Assembly: GCA_017554325.1 (NCBI GenBank)
Contig: JAFZIP010000005.1
Span: forward strand, 128,211-192,210
Length of the DNA: 64,000 bases
Direction: 5' to 3'
DNA from: Bacteroidales bacterium
GTDB taxonomy: Bacteria > Bacteroidota > Bacteroidia > Bacteroidales > WCHB1-69
Part shown: piece by piece, positions 56,474-64,000 of the stretch
Position numbering within the stretch: the first letter of the stretch is position 1
Layout of the letters: each line of letters starts with the position of its first letter
Made by a program: the position numbers and the translations under genes
Notes under the pieces: generated by a model
Told to the model about the DNA's origin: nothing
Databases searched by the model: none
Seen by the model: only the letters and a program-made list of their open reading frames with translations

Positions 56474-57367
56474 ATGGATTGCACCGCTTTATTACACGGT
56501 CTTCTGGACGTGTTGAAAGACACGCTGGAAATCACCGGCTGGGTGATATTGATGATGACTCTTATTGAGCTCATCAACGTATCCTCATCAGGAAAGTGGC
56601 TGCAGAAATTCCAGGGCAAGCCGATTCTGCAAGTAATCATCACTGCCTTGTTGGGAGCTATTCCCGGATGCGCCGGCGGTTTTGCCGTAGTCTCCATGTT
56701 CACGCATAATGTAATCTCGTTTGGCGCACTCATTGCCGGCATGGTGGCTACCTTCGGCGACGAAGCTTTCTTTCTGTTTGCAAAAAGTCCGAAATGGGGA
56801 GCAATTCTCACTGTGACACTTTTCGGCCTTGCGGTTGTGGTTGGCCTCCTGCTGACACTCATCTCAAAAAAATGGAAATTCACACTGGAAACCCATGACT
56901 TCGCCATTCACGAGGAGATTGAAGGGGCCGAACATCATCATCACGACGCTCATTCTTCCGGTTTTGGACAAAAAGTGATCCATTTCTTCAAGGAACACAT
57001 CTGGGAACATGTCATCAAACAGCATTTTCTCAAAGTATTCCTTTGGTCGTTCTGTGTCCTGCTTGTGCTCATGGTCATCGGACTTTTTGTGGATGTGGAG
57101 CAACTGTTACAAGCAAACGCCTGGGCCAAATATCTCATGCTGCTGCTGGCCGTTGCCATCGGGTTCATCCCCGAATCGGGCCCCAACCTCATCTTCATCG
57201 TCATGTTCCTCAACGGCTCCATCCCATTCGGCATCCTGCTGGCCAACTCCATCTCGCAAAACGGTCATGCCGGACTGCCATTACTAGCACAATCACGGAA
57301 GAACTTCTTCATTGTCAAGGGGATCACGATGGCGTTGGGATTGATTGTAGGAGCGATATTGATATAA
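56474..57367 (+). CDS. Putative metal-ion permease (ArsP_2 / putative Mn-transporter-like) with a His-rich loop
   Basis: 297 aa and polytopic, with the GAIPGCAGG motif and the loop EGAEHHHHDAHSSG. Confidence 0.5.
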   Translation: MDCTALLHGLLDVLKDTLEITGWVILMMTLIELINVSSSGKWLQKFQGKPILQVIITALLGAIPGCAGGFAVVSMFTHNVISFGALIAGMVATFGDEAFFLFAKSPKWGAILTVTLFGLAVVVGLLLTLISKKWKFTLETHDFAIHEEIEGAEHHHHDAHSSGFGQKVIHFFKEHIWEHVIKQHFLKVFLWSFCVLLVLMVIGLFVDVEQLLQANAWAKYLMLLLAVAIGFIPESGPNLIFIVMFLNGSIPFGILLANSISQNGHAGLPLLAQSRKNFFIVKGITMALGLIVGAILI

Positions 57368-57473
57368 AGAATTGGGGATTGGGACTGTGAACGATGGACT
57401 ATGAACGATGAACGATGAACTGAATTAGAAAAAATATATTATTACTTTTGCAATCTAAAAATTATATCATACA

Positions 57474-59654
57474 ATGAAAAGAATACTTCTTGTAACACTT
57501 TTATTTACTGCTATTTGCAGCTGCTTTGGCCAAGCCAAAGAAATCACCATCGAGAAAATTTGGGACGATTTTTACTTTTACCCGCGCGGCGTGGCCGGCT
57601 ACACCGCCATGCCCAAGAGCGATTATTACACCGTAGTGAAGCGCGCCGGCATTGAGCGCTACAGCTTTGCCACGGGCGACAAACTGGACATGCTGATCTC
57701 CAACGCGGACTTGGACCGTCTAAGCAAAGGACGAGTCAACATTGGCAATTTGAGCAGCTATGAGTTTTCTTCCGACGAGAAGAAAGTGGTACTCGCGATA
57801 GACGAAGAAAGCATCTGGCGCCGCTCCTCTTTGGCATATTACTATGTGTATGATATTGAGAACAAGACACTGACCATGGTGGCCGACACCAACACCAAGC
57901 TGCATTTCGCCTTCTTGTCGGAAGACGGACAGAAGGTGCTGTTTGCCCGCGACTGCGACCTGTTCTATCAGGATTTAGCCACCGGCAAGATTACGCAGAT
58001 AACTCATGATGGTCAAGAGAATGCCATTTTCAACGGCTATGCCGACTGGGTGTACGAGGAGGAGTTGGACATGTCGAGTGCCGCATCCTGGTCGCCAGAC
58101 GGCAGCAAGATCGCCTTTTTGCGCTTCGACCAGCGTCGCGTCAAGGAATACAACTTCGCCCTGTACGACGAGCTCTACCCCACCGACTTCAAATACAAAT
58201 ACCCCAAGGCTGGAGAGGACAACTCTTTGGTGGATGTCTATATTTACGATCTCGCCACCCAGCAGCTCACTCGTGTGGATTTGGGCGACAACACCAACTG
58301 CTACTTTCCACGCGTCTATTGGCTGCCCAACAGCCAGGATGCCGTTATCTTGAAGCTCAACCGCCACCAAGACCAGCTTGACTTCATCCGCTACAATACG
58401 GTTACCAAGCAGCAGGACATCGTCTATACCGACCGCAACGACAAATGGCTGGACGTGACCGACAACTACTATTTCCTGAAAGATGGAAAGACGATGATTG
58501 TCACCTCCGAGCGCGACGGTTTCAACCACATCTACAAAGTGACCTTGGGTGGGGAAATCAAGCAACTCACCTCTGGCAATTGGGAAGTCAATGAAATCCA
58601 GTATGTGAATGAAGATAAAAAGCTCATCTACTATCTCTCCAACGAAAGCGGCGTGCTGAACAGAGACCTGTATGTCATCAACTTTGACGGTAAGAAAAAA
58701 CAGCTTTTGACTCAAGGTGATGGCTGGGCAAGTACGCTGTTCAGTCCGAATGGCAACTATTACCGCCTGCAATACTCCGATCTGAACACCCTGCCCAAAT
58801 ATACCATCCATGAGGCCAAGGGCAAGGAATTGCGCGTGCTCAACGACAACAAGAACGTGAAGGAGACGATGGACAAATACGGCTTCGTGAATCGAGAGAT
58901 CATCCATTTCACCACCGATGACGGCACCGAATTGTACGGCTGGATGATGAAGCCGGCAGACTTCAATCCGAACAAAAAATATCCGGTGATGATGACTTGC
59001 TACGGCGGTCCGGGCAGCCAGCAGGTGATGAACGCCTACAGCAGTGCACAGGATTTGGCCTTCTATCAGATGCTGGCGCAGAAGGGCTACATCTGCGTGT
59101 GTGTGGACGGGCGCGGCACGGCTACCAGAGGCGACGCCTTCAAGAAGGTCATCTACCAGCAAATGGGCAAATACGAGGCCATCGACCAGATTGCCGCGGC
59201 CAACTGGCTGAAGAAGCAATCTTACGTGGATGGCGACCGCATCGGCATCTGGGGTTGGAGCTTCGGCGGCTATCTTTCCGCGTTATCCTTGTTCCGTGGC
59301 GAAGGCGCCTTCAAAATGGCCATCTCCGTGGCACCGGTCACCAACTGGCGCTACTACGACAACATCTACACCGAGCGGTTCATGCGCACCCCGCAAGAGA
59401 ACCCCGACGGCTACGACCTCAACTCGCCCACCACGTATGCCAAGGATTTGAAGGGCAAATACTTGCTCATCCACGGCACCGCCGATGACAATGTGCACTT
59501 CCAGAATGCCATGGAGTTGGTGAAAGCCCTGAACGAGGCCGGCGTGGAGTACGACCAGTTCTTCTTCCCCAACAAGAACCACTTCATCATGGGCGGCAAC
59601 ACCCGCACCTACCTGTACCACAAGTTGGCGAAGTACATTTTAGAGAATTTGTAA
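57474..59654 (+). CDS. Dipeptidyl-peptidase IV (S9B prolyl peptidase)
   Basis: 726 aa with a signal peptide, a beta-propeller N-domain, the nucleophile motif GWSFGGY, and HGTADDNVH. Confidence 0.92.
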   Translation: MKRILLVTLLFTAICSCFGQAKEITIEKIWDDFYFYPRGVAGYTAMPKSDYYTVVKRAGIERYSFATGDKLDMLISNADLDRLSKGRVNIGNLSSYEFSSDEKKVVLAIDEESIWRRSSLAYYYVYDIENKTLTMVADTNTKLHFAFLSEDGQKVLFARDCDLFYQDLATGKITQITHDGQENAIFNGYADWVYEEELDMSSAASWSPDGSKIAFLRFDQRRVKEYNFALYDELYPTDFKYKYPKAGEDNSLVDVYIYDLATQQLTRVDLGDNTNCYFPRVYWLPNSQDAVILKLNRHQDQLDFIRYNTVTKQQDIVYTDRNDKWLDVTDNYYFLKDGKTMIVTSERDGFNHIYKVTLGGEIKQLTSGNWEVNEIQYVNEDKKLIYYLSNESGVLNRDLYVINFDGKKKQLLTQGDGWASTLFSPNGNYYRLQYSDLNTLPKYTIHEAKGKELRVLNDNKNVKETMDKYGFVNREIIHFTTDDGTELYGWMMKPADFNPNKKYPVMMTCYGGPGSQQVMNAYSSAQDLAFYQMLAQKGYICVCVDGRGTATRGDAFKKVIYQQMGKYEAIDQIAAANWLKKQSYVDGDRIGIWGWSFGGYLSALSLFRGEGAFKMAISVAPVTNWRYYDNIYTERFMRTPQENPDGYDLNSPTTYAKDLKGKYLLIHGTADDNVHFQNAMELVKALNEAGVEYDQFFFPNKNHFIMGGNTRTYLYHKLAKYILENL

Positions 59655-59676
59655 AAGTCTATGCAATAATAGAAAG

Positions 59677-59708
59677 AGGAGATGTGGCGCGTCACGTCTC
59701 CTTTTTTT
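59677..59708 (+). terminator. Intrinsic terminator after the DPP-IV gene
   Basis: AGGAGATGTG pairs with CACGTCTCCT (one G-U pair) around a 6-nt loop, followed by a T7 run. Confidence 0.75.
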
Positions 59709-59745
59709 GGTTACGCTTATAGTTTCAGGCACTAGGGTTTTCGGA

Positions 59746-60603
59746 TCAAGTATCGGAAGCCAGGATTTGTGCCATACGTCCAATTGCCCGACGGAATAAC
59801 ATGTACTGTCGGACATCGGAAGCGTCAAGCAAATCGTTGATCAACGCACTGTTTTCCTCTTGATCCATTTCATCTTGGAGCATCATCGCGTAAAACCGGC
59901 GGTGCTCCTTCGACAATATCAAGCACAGGTCTGAGGCAATCCATTCCGCCCCGGCCACAACAACATCAAACTCGCTGGCTTCAATGTTGATTTCGGACGG
60001 CAACGCTTGTCGCGACAGCGCATACGCCACATATACATTCCGTAAAATGTGCACCATGTCCGAAGCATCTTTCTTGGTGAGCGTATGTCGGTCAGACCAC
60101 GCATCCAACTTGATGAGGAACTGCCCGCTCAAAGATGCTAAATGAAACGTGAAATCATTGTCCACCGACACCATGTCGGCGTGAGCCATAACATCTTCAA
60201 AGCAACGGACAGACATGATCGGATGCCCGTCAGGAGGCCAAGCCAAAAGTTCTTGACGTGCAATGGTGCCGAACGGGACAATGTCAACCATATAGCGATA
60301 GTTGCCCGTCGTCCCCACATAGTAAAAGCGTTGTTTTTCGGCGGCTTTCAGAAACTGATGATTCAGCAAAGTCTCGGTGAGTTGTTGGTATTGCTCCCAA
60401 TCTGCTAGTAGTACAGCCACATCCAAGTCCAAGGTTCCACGATAAGAGTCGTTTATTTGGAGCAGGCGTAGTGCGAGATCACGCGCGACAGCACCTACAA
60501 CATACAATTCCATGTTCAAAGCAGCATAACATTCTGCCAGCGCGTGTAGTGTTTCCAGCAGCAAGGGGTTCTTGAGTTCTTCATTAGTAACAGCGTATTC
60601 CAT
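59746..60603 (-). CDS. Nucleotidyltransferase-fold protein, AbiEii-like toxin candidate
   Basis: About 285 aa from ATG 60603 (the track used TTG 60609). The NTase motif is VVGAVARD...TLDLDVAV. The ATG lies 2 nt after the upstream stop. Confidence 0.5.
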   Translation of the reverse strand: MEYAVTNEELKNPLLLETLHALAECYAALNMELYVVGAVARDLALRLLQINDSYRGTLDLDVAVLLADWEQYQQLTETLLNHQFLKAAEKQRFYYVGTTGNYRYMVDIVPFGTIARQELLAWPPDGHPIMSVRCFEDVMAHADMVSVDNDFTFHLASLSGQFLIKLDAWSDRHTLTKKDASDMVHILRNVYVAYALSRQALPSEINIEASEFDVVVAGAEWIASDLCLILSKEHRRFYAMMLQDEMDQEENSALINDLLDASDVRQYMLFRRAIGRMAQILASDT

Positions 60604-60605
60604 AA

Positions 60606-61181
60606 TCAAATGAGGGGTTTTATTCGTTCGGCGGCTTCGCGGCAGCGGTCATCCAGAGTGGACAAAAGGTCGGCGTAGATGATGAGCAGGGGGGTGCCCT
60701 GTTCTTTCCAGAATTTCCGAAACACGATAATGTCACCCTGTGGGTCGGGAATCATCCGTCGGGTGGAAATCAGCGGATTGGCGGTGTCGGCGGTGTAGAT
60801 ATCCCAGCGTTGAGGAGTTAAATACCCGTCCAACAGAGCTACCGCCGGCTCACCGCCCCAACTGAGGGTATCGGGCAAAACGACGTTCTGCCATTGGTCG
60901 GCCACTTCTGGGGTGAGGAATTTGAAACGGCAGAGGAACAGTTTGTCCTTCATGTTCTCTCCGTAAAACATAGCCCAACGGTCAATCAGCGAAGACCGCT
61001 TGCGCAGCACGCGCGTCATGCCGTTGTCGATGAGGTATCCTCGTTCGGTCAAGTCAGTCATCGTGCTATGCACCGACCCGATGGAAGTGCCGGTCTCCGC
61101 CGCAATTTGTCGGAAAGTCTTGCCTGCATTTCGTTTGTCCTGCAGCAAGTGAAAAACGATTTTCAATTCCGCGTTATTCAT
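60606..61181 (-). CDS. wHTH protein, AbiEi-like antitoxin/regulator candidate
   Basis: 191 aa with an N-terminal wHTH (FRQIAAETGTSIGSVHSTMTDLTERGYL) and a C-terminal domain resembling AbiEi-type proteins. Confidence 0.5.
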   Translation of the reverse strand: MNNAELKIVFHLLQDKRNAGKTFRQIAAETGTSIGSVHSTMTDLTERGYLIDNGMTRVLRKRSSLIDRWAMFYGENMKDKLFLCRFKFLTPEVADQWQNVVLPDTLSWGGEPAVALLDGYLTPQRWDIYTADTANPLISTRRMIPDPQGDIIVFRKFWKEQGTPLLIIYADLLSTLDDRCREAAERIKPLI

Positions 61182-61202
61182 AACAAGTTCAGTTTAAATT
61201 AC

Positions 61203-61244
61203 TTGTTCAAAAATATTGAACATATAAAATATTTTGAACAAAAA
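61203..61244. promoter_or_regulatory. TTGAACA-type repeats upstream of the AbiEi-like gene (candidate autoregulatory operator)
   Basis: TTGTTCAA-AAATA-TTGAACA inverted pair at 61203-61222, plus a third TTTTGAACAAAA at 61232-61244. Confidence 0.45.
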
Positions 61245-61327
61245 CGCAGCAAATATATTAAAAATAAATTATATACAAACATTTAAAGTGCAAAAAAGAA
61301 AGGCACTGCTTTAGAAATTGCCATTTC

Positions 61328-64000
61328 CTATGAAGCAAGGACGATGTCTATCGTGCTGCTGGAGGATTGCAGGTTCTGGTTGACCTGAATCTGCACGGGT
61401 ATCTTTTCCTTCACTTCTTCACGATGGCTGATGGCACACACTTGGCGATTATTGCTTGCGTGCAGAGACTCTAACGTATTGATGGCTTTGATGAGCGGTT
61501 CGCCACTCAAAGTGCCGAATCCCTCATCGATGAACAGTGTTTCAACTTTCAAACTCTGTCCAATCTCGCTCAACGCCAATGCCAATGCCAACGAAACGAG
61601 AAAACTTTCACCACCGGATATGGTACTGGCCGGACGCTTCACCCCACCCTGATAGGCGTCCTCCACGAGAATGATCAGTTCCTGTCCGGGCACCGCGTGC
61701 AAGGTGTAGCGGTCGGTGAGGGTACGCATGTGAACATTTGCGGTTTCTATCAGTTTCGCGAGGATGTAACTTTGCGCAATGAGCCGGAATTTGTCGCCTT
61801 TGGCATCTCCTATCAGCTTGTCAAGTCTGTTCCATCGTTCAAAGACAAGTCGTCTCTTTTCGTACTCTTTCTTAAACTCCGCATTCTTTTCTATCCGTTC
61901 GTCATCGTCTTTCAACTGCTGTCCCAGTGCTCCGGATTCACTCCTCAAAGCCCCGATCTGATTTTTCAGCTCATCAATGACCGTTTGCAAAGAATTGATT
62001 GTTTCACCGTCAGCAAACTCAGGTTTAGCCTTCCGATGTTCATCGATTTGTCCATTTATAGTTCCCAAAGCGCCTTGGACCGTTGCCAAAGTATCTTGTA
62101 CCTTATGGACGAATTGTCGATCCAACCCGATCTTATCTTTGAGTTTGAGCAGCTCTTCCAATCTCGAAGCCATGATATTCGGATGCTCTTTCAAAAATTC
62201 GTCAAGGAACTTGCTATTATTCAAGTTTGTGTCCGATGCCGTCTTCTTGTTCGTCAAAGCAGTCGTAATTTTAGTTGACAACGACTGCATTTCAGCCAGT
62301 ATATTGGGAATCTCTTCTACTTTTTGGGCAGCCAGAGACTTCCAATCCGGCACATCCTGACACAGTTGGTTTAACGATGGGTCAATGAGATCCTTGACCT
62401 TCTTCAAATCATCAAAACTGAGTTGTAGGTTGTCACGATTCTTTGCGCGAGCGATCTTCCCTTCAATTGCGGCTTTCTGCAGATTCGCCTCACGTTCCAC
62501 TATCTTCAATGCGTCATCCGCTTGTTCATCCAATTTTTTGATATTACATTTTTCTAACGAAAGCAAAGCGTCATCCTTAGCTTTATCGAGCGAGTGGTCT
62601 TCGTTGAATGTTTGTAAATCTTTATTATACAAAGGTATGTTTTGATTCAACCAAATTGCACAGACGTTTTGCTGTCCATTGAGGTCATCAAATAACTTTT
62701 TCGCATCATCTCGATTCCGTTTCGCATTTTCAACTATTTCCTTTAATTCTTGCTCATGTGGAACGGAGTCAAGGGATTGCACCTGCTGCCCGCAAACCGG
62801 ACATCTTTTCCCCACCCGCAGATTGGCACGCAGTTTTTCCGCCAGTGTATCAACTGCCAAGTTCAAACGTTCATATTGCGATTCTGACACCTCATACTGC
62901 TTCTTCGCATTCTCTACTTGGGGCTTTAAGGCTTCGTACTGGCTCTTTTTATTCCCGATTTCTTTCTTTAATTCATCAAGTTTGGATTGTGTCTCACCCC
63001 TTTTTCTCTCTTTTTCAAAATAGTTTTTTACTTGTAACTTGGCCGTACCGATATTTGCAATCAGGGACAAAACATCGTCTTTTTGCGCATTCAGGACTTC
63101 CAATGAAACAGGTTGTCCTCCTTCCGTTTTGATTTCATCGTCAAGAATCTTGATTTGCCCGACAACAGCATCCATTTTCTGACTAATATATTCCCGACCG
63201 TTAAGCAATCTGATGTATTGCGTCTGTAATTGCCAGATTGTTTGGTTTGCATTATTGATAGTTTCATACGCATCTTTGATGGCGGCAAGGCACTTTCGGG
63301 CATCTTCGGTGTCGTCCCAATCCGTCACATTCCGCTGCTTTGTCTTAAACTCTTCCGTTTTCATTGCTTCCCGGGCCTGCTTCATAGTGGTCTCCGCTAC
63401 AGTGAGATTGTTGAGTAGTTTTTCCTCCGTAGACAACCAGTTCACCTTCTTCTGTCCGATGTCAAGTTGGGTGTTAAAGACATTCAATTTGTCTTCTATT
63501 GCTTTTATACTTGTCTCCAGTTCCTCTCTTTCTTTCGGTGGCAGGGGTTGCTGTTCTTTTTTGGAAGGATCCACTTCGTTCATTTCCTTCTCATACTTAC
63601 GATGGGTCAAATCATACACCTTCGCACCAATCCGTGCATATTTTTCGGTATTGGTAATTTTCTCAAGGATAGCGGCTTTTTCAGACTTGCTGCTCTTGAG
63701 GAAGCGGGTAAACTCGCCTTGGGCCAACATGGTTGTGCGGCAGAACTGGTCAAAACTCAGCCCCACTGCCATTTGTATAGCCTCCATGATTTCATCATCC
63801 TTGCGTTCCCGCTTGCCATTACCCACCTTAGGGGATGCTTCAGGATGGGTCAGGTTTTTCAGCGACCACGTACGGTTCAGGTTCTTTTTCTTTCTCTCCA
63901 CACTCCATTCCGCCTCATACTCATTGCCGTCACTGCCCAGGAACGACAGCCGCGCGTATGCCTCATTGGTGTTTTTCCGCATCAGCTGCATGGTGTCCGT
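61328..64000 (-). CDS. sbcC: SbcC/Rad50-family ATPase; N-terminus (Walker A) lies beyond the window edge
   Basis: More than 887 aa, and the frame stays open to position 64000. It has long coiled coils, a zinc hook CPVCGQ, the signature ISGGESFLVSLALALALS and Walker B LFIDEGFGTLS. Confidence 0.85.
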   Translation of the reverse strand, partial: TDTMQLMRKNTNEAYARLSFLGSDGNEYEAEWSVERKKKNLNRTWSLKNLTHPEASPKVGNGKRERKDDEIMEAIQMAVGLSFDQFCRTTMLAQGEFTRFLKSSKSEKAAILEKITNTEKYARIGAKVYDLTHRKYEKEMNEVDPSKKEQQPLPPKEREELETSIKAIEDKLNVFNTQLDIGQKKVNWLSTEEKLLNNLTVAETTMKQAREAMKTEEFKTKQRNVTDWDDTEDARKCLAAIKDAYETINNANQTIWQLQTQYIRLLNGREYISQKMDAVVGQIKILDDEIKTEGGQPVSLEVLNAQKDDVLSLIANIGTAKLQVKNYFEKERKRGETQSKLDELKKEIGNKKSQYEALKPQVENAKKQYEVSESQYERLNLAVDTLAEKLRANLRVGKRCPVCGQQVQSLDSVPHEQELKEIVENAKRNRDDAKKLFDDLNGQQNVCAIWLNQNIPLYNKDLQTFNEDHSLDKAKDDALLSLEKCNIKKLDEQADDALKIVEREANLQKAAIEGKIARAKNRDNLQLSFDDLKKVKDLIDPSLNQLCQDVPDWKSLAAQKVEEIPNILAEMQSLSTKITTALTNKKTASDTNLNNSKFLDEFLKEHPNIMASRLEELLKLKDKIGLDRQFVHKVQDTLATVQGALGTINGQIDEHRKAKPEFADGETINSLQTVIDELKNQIGALRSESGALGQQLKDDDERIEKNAEFKKEYEKRRLVFERWNRLDKLIGDAKGDKFRLIAQSYILAKLIETANVHMRTLTDRYTLHAVPGQELIILVEDAYQGGVKRPASTISGGESFLVSLALALALSEIGQSLKVETLFIDEGFGTLSGEPLIKAINTLESLHASNNRQVCAISHREEVKEKIPVQIQVNQNLQSSSSTIDIVLAS

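Noticed and set aside
1-64000. Search for CRISPR arrays, rRNA, transposases, integrases, att sites and prophage modules.
   Set aside because: I found no regularly spaced 25-40-nt direct repeats, no rRNA-like sequence, and no ORF with transposase/integrase motifs (DDE, or the tyrosine-recombinase R..H..R..Y pattern). Mobility of the accessory patches therefore cannot be asserted from this window.

Overview
This 64-kb window reads as chromosomal DNA from a Bacteroidota (Bacteroidales-like) bacterium. The evidence is TAnnTTTG-type -7 promoter boxes, a Na+-pumping methylmalonyl-CoA decarboxylase operon, DPP-IV, ExbB/ExbD/TonB, ftsK-lolA, acpP-fabF-rnc and an SPT-like sphingolipid enzyme. I can support about 60 protein genes, 3 tRNAs (Thr-Tyr-Gly), several intrinsic terminators and a few gene stubs. 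I saw no rRNA, CRISPR array, transposase or integrase. Most of the window is housekeeping, but gene order is unusually scrambled for translation genes. An autonomous rplC-rplD-rplW-rplB-rpsS unit lacks rpsJ and rplV, and a tRNA cluster lacks tuf. The accessory-looking part lies at about 23.3-36.3 kb and at the right end. The best candidate for an undescribed system is an AT-rich two-gene cassette at 31.0-32.4 kb. It encodes a nucleotide-cyclase-fold plus HTH protein (SatD-like) tightly coupled to a polytopic DUF3307-like membrane protein. Three tandem 24-bp palindromes precede it, and a decapitated type I R-M hsdM stub sits directly downstream. Other notable items: (1) a 1600-aa single polypeptide joining a TamB-like protein to a POTRA-less Omp85 barrel; (2) an SPT+SDR operon divergent from an MMPL-type exporter and a small LolA-fold protein; (3) a MurD-like ligase co-oriented with an alpha-2-macroglobulin; (4) a putative sensory [FeFe]-hydrogenase module; (5) an AbiE-like pair beside sbcC. 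All functional calls rest on motifs read by eye. No BLAST, HMM or structure search was possible, so family assignments and novelty claims need those checks.
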